A DNA stretch of 64,000 bases. Source: Cycas panzhihuaensis (taxonomy: Eukaryota; Plantae; Cycadophyta). The DNA lies in the NCBI GenBank assembly GCA_023213395.1, contig CM041465.1, positions 44,585,741 to 44,649,740 of the forward strand, read 5' to 3'. Position 1 is the stretch's first letter, and each line of letters starts with the position of its first letter. The notes under the pieces were generated by a model. It did no database searches. It saw only the letters and a program-made list of their open reading frames with translations, and was not told where the DNA came from. Shown here in pieces: positions 37,118 through 50,204 of the stretch. Position numbers and translations under genes: made by a program.

Positions 37118-40100
37118 TGTTAGAATATTAATGTTTTATCTTAAGTTTGGAAACTTTAAGTAATCTGAGGGTTAGGTGTCATTGTTCCCCCTTTGTATTT
37201 TACCGACAGTTGTCACTCATGTTGACACTTGTAATTTATGTATATATCGGTTATGTAAAGCACTTGTATATAGGAGAGTATATCTCTCATATCAAATCAA
37301 TGAAAGAATTCAGTTTCATTCTCTTCAATTAAGTTTAGTCTACTTTTTTGAAGATGGTATCAGAGTAGGCTTGATAGATTGAATCAAAGTAGCACAAGAT
37401 CAGGTTGAGAAGGTACAAGAGGTTAAAGAAGTTGTGTGAAGAAGTAAGAAGCAAAAACTTGAAGAAGAAAGAACAGAAATCAAGTACTAGACAAAATTGT
37501 ACGACACTGTACATATTTGTATAGACATTTTCCGAAGTGCTCAGATCAAGATGAAATTTGATCAATAGGGACGTCTCACTGAGTATATTTCGTTGTCCCA
37601 AAGATGCTTTTGCAAAGTTGGCCTCGATAAGCATGAAAGCAAAGAAAGACAGCCGCACAGGTTTCAAGCTTGCATAGCAGGTTTCTTTTAGATTTCTCAG
37701 TCTAGGTCGTGTAAGTGGACTCAAATTGATCCCCTAGTCATAAGCGTTCTGTTGAATGTAAGATTACAAGATTTGATACAAGGTTTTGTGAGTTATACGC
37801 AAAATCGTGCTCCAAACCCTAGTCGTCCCTTTGCTTTTAAAGTGATATTTTTGCCTGTCTGGAACTCCAATTGAAAAACTGACTTCAGATCTGTGTGCGC
37901 AATCTAATTATCTACGATCTGAGAGAGTTTCATAAAATTTCATACACATATGCTTTTGACTGTACATACATATGACTATACGAACTAGACCTACAATAAC
38001 CTTCCAAAAGATTCTAGTCACTGTTCTTGCCTCCTAAAGTCACAAAATGGCCTTAATCTATTCATTAAGTGAGTTAGACAAGCTGACAGGCTCAAACTAC
38101 GCTGCATAGAAAGTTAAAATGAAAGGGCTTATGATTGCTAAAAATGCATGATGGAAATAGTTACTAGAAGGGGGGCAAAACCAACCACAGGAGATGCAAC
38201 AAAAATAAGTTGGGAAGAGAGATAGGCAAGCCTTAGCCATAATCACTCTGTCCATTAGTGATTTAGTTCTTACTCACATTAGTGGAGCCTCTACTTCTGT
38301 TGAAGCATGGAATGCCCTAGCTTCTATATTTAGCCAAAAGAACGAAGCCCACATTATTTCCCTAAGAGAACAACATTATTGATTGCATTTATGGGAGGGA
38401 AAATAGGTTATTGATTTCATCACCAAACTGGTAAAAATCAAAGATAGTCTGGCTTCTTCTAGAGAGCTCATGTTAGATACTGAAGTTGCTCGTCTAGTGC
38501 TTAATAGACTACCAAAGCCATTTGATAATTTGGTGAATACTCTTACTATAGGAGGGCAAGCTCAAAATATGTCTTTTGATACCTTGTGGGGTCATTTACT
38601 TCAATAAGAACAAAGAACTTGTAGGTATGAAGAGGGAGCAAATGTTGAAGAAGCCTTTGTTTTAAGGCTTAGAATCAGTGAAAGAGGAGAATGAAGTGCT
38701 AGGGGAAGATCATTTGAAACAAGAAGCAATAAAGGAAGATCCTTTAGAGGAATAGGAAAAGGTAGATCGCCTGATACTCGAGTATGCTATTAGTGTGGAA
38801 GAACATGTTACATCACATCAGACTATAGAACAACAGAAAATTGCTCATGTTACTACTGTGGAAGGTATGGACTGTAGAAGGTAATGTTTTATCTAGGATA
38901 ATGACATTTGCCTAAAGTATTTTGTGAGGGTCTCACATCCTTCCCCCTTTCTCTCTCAAGATGACAAGTGGCACAATCCTGTTGAGCGGTTGTCATCTGT
39001 TCCTCCTTCACAACTGTATATATATGGAGATATAATTGATCAATAAAGACAGAGAGAATTCATCTATTGTCATTTTGAATCTTTTCACAGTATCAGAGTA
39101 GGCTATTGGGTCCTCCTGCCTGTGAAAGAGTTAAGCTAGGGCTTTTTCTAAAGAGGAAGAAGAACTGGATCAAGTCTGTTGCCAAAAGGCATTTCCATTA
39201 GAGTTCGAAATAGTATGGAGTGAACAAGCCAGGATCGTATGGAACTGTATGGTCGTACGGAAGTGTACAAACGCCGAAAATCAAAGTATTCAGAATTTGA
39301 CGAAACGTACCCAGATTGTAGATTGGAGCCTCCTCGACATTTTTTCCTTCTGGGCCGACATCATTTGAAGTTGTTTTGACGCAGTTTCAAGTAGTTTTAA
39401 GGGCGTGCGAGTTTATGACCTCTTTTCATCATTTTTCTTCAAAAATTTGGCAAAAATCTCTAGTACTAAGTGTTTGAATCCCTTCTCATCACTAAACAAA
39501 GGATCTAAATAAGCTTTCTCAAGTTGTTATCTCAATTTTTAAGGATTTTTCTTCATTTTTTAAAAAAACCCTTGGGTGCAGGTTTGGACCTGTTTCCTAC
39601 CATATCTCTTAGATTTGAAAGTGTATCAAGAATTTGACCTTAGTTCCAGATACCATTTTGCGAGTTCTTCGATTTGAGACCCTTTTCTTTTCCATTCGTA
39701 CACTTTGAGGTCTGTATGGAATTTCGTACAGTTGGCCATACGATAGTCCGTACAGCTACATATTAACATCTTTGCCCTTCATAAAAATTAATTTATAAAT
39801 AGTCATGGCCTCCTTTGTTGGATCACTGCCTGAAAGTGATAAATTGACTGAAATGAACTTCAATATCTGGAAGATCAAAATAGAAGGTTTCTTAAGGGCA
39901 AAACATGCCTGGAGAATCACCATCAGAGATGAGAAACAACCTTCTGATGTTGTAGATTTAATAAACTGGGAAGAAAGGAATAATACTGTTGTCTTTGTAC
40001 TCAAGCTTTCAATCTCTGATTCCTTGTTAGTATATGTGGATGGTTTAGAGAATGCAAGTGAAATTTGGAAAATAATGTCTTCCATGTTTAGTAGAAAGAA

Positions 40101-43100
40101 TGAAGCAAGAATTGTGGCCCTAAGAGAAGAACTTTCTAAACTTAAAATGAGGGAAGGCCAAACCGTATTTGAATTCATAACCAAATTAATCAACATTAAA
40201 ACTGCTCTTCTCACGGTAGGAGACAAATTGACTGACAGAATTAATACATCTTGTGCTCAACAAACATCTAAAGTCCTTTGATAATGGTAAACATGTTGAC
40301 GGGAGGAGGGTGAACTGCCACGATGACCTTTGATGTTCTCACAGGTTATATGTTCAGCCAGGAACAAAGGAATCAGAGATATGAAGAAGACTCAGAAATC
40401 GAAGAAGCTCTTATCACCAAGCTTTATTTGGGAAGGAGAGGACGAGGTCAACTTAATTCTAGACTATGAGGAAGAGCAACAACTGTCTATAGGGGACGTT
40501 GGACTGAAGGAAGAGGACGAGGAAGAATGGCTATCAATCCACCTCGAGATGCTAGAGTATGTTTCAACTGTGGCAAACCAGGTCATTTTTCAAGCAACTG
40601 TAGAGCTTTCGATGTCTGCTACCATTGCGGACAAACGAGTCATTTTCCATACCAATGCTACCAGAGACGAGCTGAAATTCAAAAGGGAAAGCAACAGGTG
40701 ACTGGAAATTACAGCAGAAAAAAGGACACAATAGAAGAAGAAGTCGAAATAGCCTTCATTGCAGTATTAGCAACAAATGCCAGTGCAACAAAAAATTCAT
40801 ATGTTGATTCAGGAGTTTCACATTATATCACAGGCATTGAAAAATGGTTTGAAGTCATCAAACCATATGATCTCAATAAATATGTAGAGTTAGGAGACAA
40901 TTTTCCTTTGCATATAAAAGGAATAAGTCAAATTGCTATCAAAATTGATGGAAAAATTCAACGTATAGGCAATGTTTTCTTTGTACCAAGGATGAAGAAG
41001 AGCCTTTTGTTAGTATCTCAACTGAGTGACAAAAAGCTGAGAACAATATTCGATGAATACAATTATTGTTACATTCTTGATATGAAAAAGAATGGCACTG
41101 TAATAGCCAAAGGAGAAAAGTGTAATAGGTTGTATAAACTTTTGTCCACTCTTGTACTGCCTGATAAAGGCCCCACTAAAATACCTTCTGATGTAAAGTC
41201 TGTTGTTGTAACTAGCACTGATACTAATGAAATGTGGCATTTGAAGTATCGGCATATTTTCCATGATAGGTTAGAAAAACTAAAGAAATCCAAGATGGTG
41301 AATGGCTTGCCAGGCATTTCTTTCAATTACTTTGTGTGCAAGCACTGTATGATGGGGAAACAACACAGAATTCCGTTATCAGAAAGTACATGGCATGCAT
41401 AAAATAAGTTAGATTTGATACGCAATGATCTGTGTGGTTCGTTCACATCGATTTCAACAAATAGTGCAAGGTATTTCTTAACTTTCATTGATGATTTCTC
41501 TAAAAAAGCATGGGTAGATTTTCTTTCCTGTAAATCAGAAGCATTCAGTTATTTTAAAGAATTCAAGGCTAAAATTGAATTGGAAAGTAGTAAGAAAATT
41601 AAATGTATTCGTTCAGATGGAGCGGGGGAATTTGCATCCAATGAATTCCTCCATTTTTGCAAAATACATGGAATCCGTAGACAATTTACAACTCCTTATA
41701 CACCTTAATCAAATGGGGTTGTAGAAAGGATGAACAAAACTATTGTAGAAATGGCTCGATGCATGCTAAACAATAGTGAGATAACTAAGAAATATTGGGC
41801 AGAGGCTGTACACATAGTTGTTTATTTGATCAATAGAAGTCCAACTCAATCATTGGGTAATGTAACACTTGAAGAGGCATGGATGGGACATAAGCCCGAT
41901 GTAAGTCACCTGAAGATTTTTGATTGCAAGGCATATGTTCACATCCCTGATAAGAAAAGAACTAAGTTGGATAATAAAAGCATAAAATGCATAATGGTTG
42001 GGTACAATAGCCATTCAAAGCATACACGTCTCAACCCAAAAACAGACAAACTTTATGTAAGTAGGGATGTAATCTTTGACGAGAAGAGAGAACTTATTAA
42101 AATAATGCCTCAAGAAGTGAATGTAGATGATCAAAACTCATAAACTGTTTAGATAGAAGATAAATCAGATGTTACGTCTGAAAGCATTGAGACAGAAAAT
42201 AACACTTCAAGGGAGATGTCTTCAAATAATCAACAAGTGAGTGATCTCAACACTCATCTGCTTGATACGCAACAAGGTAGTGGTTCAAATACTCATTCAG
42301 AAGATGAAGAAATCAGGTTGCCATAAGAACACTCTTAAAAAAGAGTACCAAAATGGTATCTCAAGACACTTGATGAAACAGAAGGAGAAATATTTGAACA
42401 TCGAACTAGGTCTCAAAAACCACAAGCTTTGATTTGCTCCATCGAACCAAGTTCTTATGAAGAACCAAGGAAAGCAGCAATGGATACAGAGAATGAGGCC
42501 ATACATAGAAAGAAAACATGGGATTTGGTAATAGCCCCTGAAGATAAACCTATTGTAAATTGTAAATGGATATACAAAATAAAGGAAAAGCCAAATGGGG
42601 GAGTCGAGAAATACAAGGCAAGACTGGTAGCAAAGGGCTACACGTAGACAACCAGAATTGATTATGAAGAAACATTTTCTCCGGTAGCCATGCTAAATAC
42701 AATAAGAACGATGGTTGCAATTGCTTCTTAAAAGGGGTGGAAGATTTATCAAATGAATGTTAAAAGTGCATTTCTGAATGGAGATCTACAAGAAGAAGTA
42801 TATATGTATCAACCAGAAGGATACATAAAACCAGGACAGGAGAATTTGGTTTGTGAATTAAGAAAGGCATTGTATGGACTCAAACAAGCGGCAAGAGCTT
42901 GGTATGCTAAGTTGGACTCGTATCTAACTCAAAATGGTTTCCACCAGTGTGAATCAGATCATAGTCTGTACGTAAAATTCAATCAAGGTTTAATATCTAT
43001 CATAGTGGTGTATGTAGATGACATGTTGATCACTAGAGATGATAGAGACTCAATAACAATTCATCAAAAGGCGATTCGAAAAGGTTTTCAAAATGACAGA

Positions 43101-46100
43101 TCTGGGAATGTTGCATTACTACCTCAGAATAGAAATAGAACAAAACGATTACTCCATTGTTCTTTCACAGTCTATATATGTCAAAAATTTGTTAAGCAAG
43201 TTTAAAATGGATAGTTGTAATAGCATCATCACACCAATGGAAACCGGAATTGTGTTAAGCATAGAACAAGAAGCACAACCTGTTGATGCAACCTTGTACA
43301 GACAATTGATTGGAAGCTTAATTTATCTCGCAGCCACACGACCCAACATTTCATATGCAGTTGGTGTAGTCTCCAGATTCATGGAAAGTCCCAAAGAATG
43401 CTGCAAAGAGAATTTTGTGGTACATAAAAGTAACCATACGTCTTGGCTTGGAGTATAGAAAAGAGAACAATATGTAGTTGACAAGTTTCAACAATTTTGA
43501 TTGTGCTGGAGATAGAACAAATAGGAAGTCAACATCAGGGTATTATTTTTTCTTGGGAGGATCATTGATCTCTTGGAGTAGTAAAAAGCAACACACGGTT
43601 GCATTATCCTCAACAGAACCTGAATACAAGTTAGCTGTCAATGCAACATGCGAAGGAGTATGGATCAGACAACTCCTAAAGGATCTTAGACAGGAACAAA
43701 TAATGCCTACTCAGATATTCTGCTACAATCAAAGTACAATCAAAATGACAAAAAACCCAGTGCTACATGCAAGAACAAAGCACATAGAAGTGCACCATCA
43801 CTTCATCAGAGAAAAAGTACAGAATAGAGAAATCGAGTTTGAGCATTGTACTTCAGAAAACCAAACTGCTGACGTCCTTACCAAACCTCTTGGCAGGGAA
43901 AAATTTATTGTTTTTAGAAATCAGTTAGGACTAAGATGGATAAAACATTAAGAGGGGGTGTAGAAGGTAATGTTTTATCTAGGATAATGACATTTGCCTA
44001 AAGTATTTTATAAGGATCTCACATCCTTCCCCCTTTCTCTCTCAAGACGATAAGTGGCACAATCTTGTTGAGCGGTTGCCATTTGTTCCTCCTTCACAAC
44101 TGTATATATATATAGATATGATTGATCAATAAAGATAGAGAGAATTCATCTATTGTCATTTTGAATATTTTCATGGACATCTCTCAAGCAACTTCTTCTA
44201 CAAAAGATCTAACATTTCTAATGGTAAACGCGTTGAAGGCAACTACAACAAAGAACAATCAAAAGATGAAGATGATGAAAAGACTGCCTTCGTTGCTGCC
44301 TTAATATCATCCATCCAGGATAGTGAGAATTGGTTTGTTGACTCTGGCGTATCAAATCATATGACAGGTAGAGAAGACTGGTTTGAATCCCTACAACCAT
44401 ACTCGATAAACAAGACTGTGGAGTTGAGTGATAATCACCCTCTGGAAATCAAAGGTAGAGGAGCCATAGCAATCTAGATTAAGCATGAAATTAAAAAAAT
44501 TGGAAATGTGTTATTTGTGCTAGGCATGAAGAAGAATCTTCTTTCAGTGTCACAATTAAGAAAGAAGAAACTTCGTGTGATTTTTCATGAAAATGGAAAA
44601 TGCTATATCCTTAATATGAAAAAGGGTGCTCAAGTCATTGTTGAGGGAATAGAAATTGACGATCTTTATAAGTTTGTTTCTACCCTTGTTATCCAATCTA
44701 CAAAAGTTCTTGCTGTTCAAAATAATAATAATGAAATCTGGCATTCTTGCTATGGGCATGTTGCTGATGATAGGTTAAAATTGCTAAAAAATTCCAAGAT
44801 GGTTGATGGGTTGCCTGCCAATCTTATAATAAATGCCTTTGTTTGCAAAAGTGGTATGCTAGGGAAACATCATAAAATGCCATTTCAGGAAAGCAATTGG
44901 AGAGCAAAAGAAAAATTAGTATTGATTCACAGGGATATATGCAGACCTATTACACCAAACTTTGTAGATGGTGCCAGGTATTTTCTCACTTTTATAGATG
45001 ACTTTACTAAGAAAGCCTGGGGTTACTTTATCTTTACTAAATTTGAAGCCCTTGACTGCTTCAAAGAATTCAAGGCTCAAGTAGAACTCAAAAGTGGGCA
45101 CAAAATAAAGTTGCTTAGAACAAACGGAGGTGGAGAGTATGTCTCAAATGACTTTTCAAATTTTTGCAGAACTCATGGCATTTGTAGGCAAATTACTGCT
45201 CCGTACATACTATAGTCAAATGGAGTAGTGGAAAGATTGAACAAGACCTTAACAGAGATGGCTCAATGTATGCTAAAGGAGAAAAAGGTATTAAACATAT
45301 ATTGGGCTGAAGCCATTAATACTGTTGTCTATTTAACCAATAGATGTTCTATGAAGGCGCTTAACAAGATCACTCCAGAGGAAGCATGGATAGGCACAAG
45401 ACCAGATGTAAGTCATTTAAATACTTTTGGATGCATTGCATATGTACATATTCCAACTCAGAAAAGAAGAAAATTAGATGATAAAAGCATTGAATGTATT
45501 ATGGTTAGATATAATACAAAATCAAAAGTCTATCGTTGTATGGATGTAAAAACAAAGAAAATGCATGTAAGTAGAGATGTAACCTTTGATGAAGGTATTC
45601 AAATAAGTAAAGATGATGCTTGCCCAAAAAGGGGCCATAATATTAGAAGAAAATGTAGAAAACACACAGCTGAGGAAGAGTTGACTTTCCAAGAAGACAC
45701 AGAAGAATCAACATCTTAGGAAGAGTTAGAAGCATCAGCTAAAGATGAAGAACAAGAAAATATTTCAGAAAAGAGAATATCAAAATGGTATTTAAAAATT
45801 GTTGAAGAATCAAAGGGAGATGTGTTTGAACATAAAACTAGATCTCAAAGGCATCGAGCCTTGGTATGTTCAGTTGAGCCTCAGAGTCTCAAAGAAGCCT
45901 GTCAAGAAACAATTTGGCAAGATGCCATGGAAAAAGAAATAAAGTCCATAAATCAAAACAACACTTGGGATCTAGTACTTCCTTCAAAAGACAAACTCAT
46001 TGTAGGCTACAAATGGGTATACAAAATAAAAGAAAAACTAGATGGTAGCATTGAAAAATATAAGGCTCGACTTGTAGCTAAAGGATATTATCAAAATGTA

Positions 46101-47633
46101 GGCATTGACTACGAAGAAATATTTATTCCTATAACAAAGTTGATAACCATTCGTACAATTATAACTTTGGTGGATCAATACAAGTGTGAAATTGTGCAAT
46201 TGGATGTAAAAAGTTCCTTCTTAATTGGTGATTTTAGTGAAGAAGTTTATATGGAACAACTACCTAGGTATATAAAACAAGGAGAACATTTGGTGTGTAT
46301 ACTGAAAAAGGCTTTATATGGCCTAAAGCAAGCACCAAGAGCCTGGTATTCAAAATAAATCAACATCTTTAGAAAGGAGGTTTTAGAAGGTGTGAAATAG
46401 ATCCAAGTTTTTATATAAAAAGGCAAAAGGACTTGATCACCGTAATTGTGGTGTACGCAGATGATTTGATTGTCACAAGTAATGACCAAGAGACTCAATC
46501 AGATAAAAGCACAAATGGAGAAGAAATTTGAGATGACCAGCATGGATGTACTTCATTACTATGTAGGCATAGAAGTTGATCAAGCAGAAAGTGGAATCTT
46601 CATTTCACAATCCAAGTATGCTAAAAATCTACTAAAAAGATTCAAAATGGATGAATGCAATCCATGCATTACAACAATGGAGGTAGGCTATGTTCCAACT
46701 TCTGATGAAAGCAAGTAGCAAAAGTAAATGGGACTCTTTTCAAACAACTTGTTGGAAGCCTCATTTACTTAACAACCACTCAACTAGATATATCCTTCTT
46801 TGTTGGAATTATTTCCACATTCATGCATAATCCAAAAATTGTGCATTGGAATGTTGCAAAGAGAATCTCAAGATACATCAAAGGCACTGTAAATTTTGGA
46901 TTACAATACACTAGGATAGATGAACTAGAATTAATTGGATTCACTAATTCTGATCGGGTAGGAGAATCTTAGGAAATGAAATCAATATCTGGTTGTTGTT
47001 TTAGTCTTGGAACGACTGCAACATCATGGAGCAATAAAATGCAGCCAACAATAGCCCTATCCTCAACAAAAGTAGAATACAAAGTTGCTGTAAGCGCAAC
47101 TTTGAAGCAATTTGGATGAGACAACTTTTAAATGATCTAAATCAAGGCTACAAAAAGGAAACCACAATCTATTGTGACAATCAAAGTGTAATCAAAGTTA
47201 CAAAGAATCCATTTTTTCATGCAAGGACCAAACATATAGGAGTTCGTCACCACTTAATCATAGAGAAGGTCCATAATAAGGAAATCAACTTGCAGTATTG
47301 TAGCAATGATCAACAAGTTGCAGACATCTTTACAAAACCTCTACCAAAGGACAAGTTTCAATATTTCAGGGATCTGCTTGCAATGAGAAACAAAGGATAA
47401 AACTTTAAGGGGGGGCGTTAGAATATTAATGTTTTATCCTAAGTTAGGAAACTTTAAGTAATTTGAGGGTTAGGTGTCATTGTTCCCTCTTTGTATTTTA
47501 CTAATATTTGTCATTTATATATGTATCAATTATATAAAGCACTTGTATATAAGAGAGTACATCTCTCATATCAAATCAATGAAGAATTCAGTTTTCATTC
47601 TCTTCAATTAAGTTTAGTTTGTTTTTTCCAACA
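37118..47633 (+). mobile_element. Full-length Ty1/Copia element B (LTRs 37118-37354 and 47416-47633), interrupted by element C
   Basis: PBS TGGTATCAGAG at 37355, PPT before 47416, TSD ctgta/ctcta. gag runs ~38050-38872 and resumes at 44174. INT/RT/RH motifs at 44508-47400. Confidence 0.95.
38873..44173 (+). mobile_element. Full-length Ty1/Copia element C (215-bp LTRs 38873-39087 and 43959-44173)
   Basis: TG..CA LTRs with about 13 mismatches by eye. Perfect TSD TGGAC, degenerate PBS cagtatcagag, PPT aagaggggg. gag-pol 39805-43951 with stops and frameshifts. Confidence 0.97.
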
Positions 47634-48012
47634 CTCTAAAGCGGTAGAAAGGAAGGGAAGAAAGCATTACAGGGTTTTAACTCTCAATAGTTACCTCATT
47701 TAAATTGATATGTTGCCTTGATTTTGAGGTTGATCTATTTTCATATTGCCGTGAATTAAATTCTATTTCAAGAGATTCATGTACAATTTCTTCATCATCA
47801 AATTGCTTATGAGTGGACATTTCTTCACTTGGTTTATGCACCTCAATAGGTTCTTCTTCAAATTGTTCATGTTTAGACGACTCCTTACTCAATTCGTGTA
47901 TAATAATTAATTCCTCTTTATGCATTTTCCACTCAAACTCTTTCAGGTCATTTTTCATCCATTCACATATAACCAACATCTCTTTGAGTTTTTCTTTTGA
48001 AAATTCACATCT

Positions 48013-49045
48013 TACTAGATAGCTTCATATTAAAAAAAAAAAAAAGAAAACATTGTCAAAAATGATTGTTTCACAAGAAAGAATCATTAGAATTTTATAA
48101 AAGAACTAGGAAAAAATGGATTTTGATCACTAAAATTACAATAACTTATATTCTAACCATAAACTGAAGGGAACCCTTCTCTATAGAAATATAATGAAAA
48201 GATGCTTCCAATGTAAATTCGGTTTGAGGTGATTTGGAGACTTGTAGCTTGTGTAATGACCTTTTGAAGTTGATCAAATTTTAGGGTCTTTGGGGACATC
48301 AATAATACTTGTATTAAAACCTTTATGTTTTATCTTTAATCCATGTATTATTATTATGTACTTTATACTTAATGTGTCATGTGTACTTTTTCTAGTGATG
48401 CAAAGTTAGTTGTAACTTAAAGGGTCAAAGATCCCTTACCCCCTCTTTGAGTGGCCAAATGTAAGTATGCACCTGTCCATGCACTTGTCAAACATGTAAA
48501 GACCCTTAGGGGAGCTCTCTCATCTATATAATGAGATCATTCTCTTTTGTATAGCATAGTGGGAGATGAGTGTATTGTTATGTTGTTGACTTAATATTGG
48601 AGATTATTGGAGTGCAGAACAATTCTACCTCCTCCATTATTAGTGTGCTTAATGTGCAAGTGGATTATTTGTTTTGCAGCATTGCTCATCTCTCTTTCCC
48701 TTCTTTTTTCCAACTAGATTTTATATTCTCTCAACCGATTACTAGATAGCTTTTTCTTGTTTTTTTTAAAAAGAAAATTTGCCAAAGATGATTGCTTTAC
48801 AAGAAAAAAATGCTAGAAATTTATAAAAATTTCAGGGAAAAATTTACTTTCATCACCAAAACTAGAATGACTTATATTCTAACAAAAAAATTGAGTGAAA
48901 CCTTTCTTGATAGAAATATAATGAAAAGATGCTTCTAGTGAATCTGGTTTGAGGTGGTTTAAAGACCTGTAGCTTATGTAATGACCTTTTGAAGTTGAGC
49001 ACATTTTACGGTTTTTGGGGATAGTAGCAGTACCTGCTACTAAAT
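48013..49045. repeat. Two diverged ~300-bp direct repeats (48013-48320, 48739-49045) inside the LARD-like element
   Basis: Shared blocks ctagatagctt, acttatattctaac, atagaaatataatgaaaagatgcttc and gtaatgaccttttgaagttga. Confidence 0.85.
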
Positions 49046-50204
49046 TGTTGGCAGATTTTTATTCTGATATCCAATTTAGTTGAACCCACTTTTCACAGAA
49101 AGTAGTCTTCAAGGCAAACCTATTAAAAAAAAAAAAGGATCAATCGGATATTTGTAATCAATATTATGGTCATTGGAAGTTGCAGTGGTAGATTTTTGGT
49201 CTTGTAGATAGCAATAGATAGTAGGTTGAGATTGAAAATGAATGATAGTTATCTATTTATAGGTAATAAATTATTTATTCAATAAAAATTATAATTGACC
49301 CTTATAATTTTTGTAATTCTGCTCCAAAACCTATGGTACAACCCCTCAAAATTTATGACATGTGCGTTGTTGTCTCAAAATTGTAATCATTTTTATTGAA
49401 TTCAATCATTTACATCTCTAAAATTGCAGGTATATCATTAAAACGCTAATTGGCCAAAACCATCCCATGATGCCACTTGTAGACCCCACATTGTTTCTCA
49501 CCAATTTGAATAGTAGATAACAACAAAAATATCAAATGATGGAAACAAAAAAATGCTAATAACCAATCCAAATTGTATTGGAAAATGAAATACTGATATG
49601 ATAGCAATTATGGCAATGCATAAGGAAATGAAATAATACCAAGTATGATAACTTGACAATAAAAATGAAATAACATCTAATAATGAAACTTATTTTTATT
49701 GCAAAGATTCCACAAGAGTCTTCCACAAAACTTCCACAAGAGTCTTCCACAAAAACTTGTCCCTCTTTAAGACAATGGAGCCTTCTAAATAAAACCTCCT
49801 CCCAAAGGACTGAAGAAATAAATACAATCCCAAAAGTCTTCTTTTTGAAATGACCCAACCACTCTTTATATAGGCTGCACATTTAATTCCCACCAAAATT
49901 TTCACAATATTTTAGGCGAGGTTAGCCCCAAAGTTAGCCTCTAATAATTTGCATTTAGGACTCCAAATCTCAAGCTATCATAACTTCTTTATATGATGTC
50001 TGTCTGGGGCCCATTACCACTTGTTTTGAAGTTAATGAGAATCTCTATGCTATTATCCATGTTTCATAACTTGATTCCATTTATTTCAATATCATTATTA
50101 TTGTAAAATACTCAATATTTCATTATTTTGAAATGTGGCTAGTCCATTTGAAGCAACCAGCATGCAACATATCAGTAGTCAAAGGTCTCTAGTTTACAAT
50201 TTTA

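Larger units (their letters stand above)
35024..50169 (-). mobile_element. Non-autonomous LTR element (LARD-like), ~4.6 kb after removing nested Copia elements
   Basis: Homologous ~700-bp LTRs at 35024-35729 and ~49478-50169, both ending gcatgcaaca. Reverse PPT attcctcctctctttc at 35730, degenerate reverse PBS tgatgcca at 49468-49475, TSD catca/tatca. No RT or INT in its own internal sequence. Confidence 0.75.
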
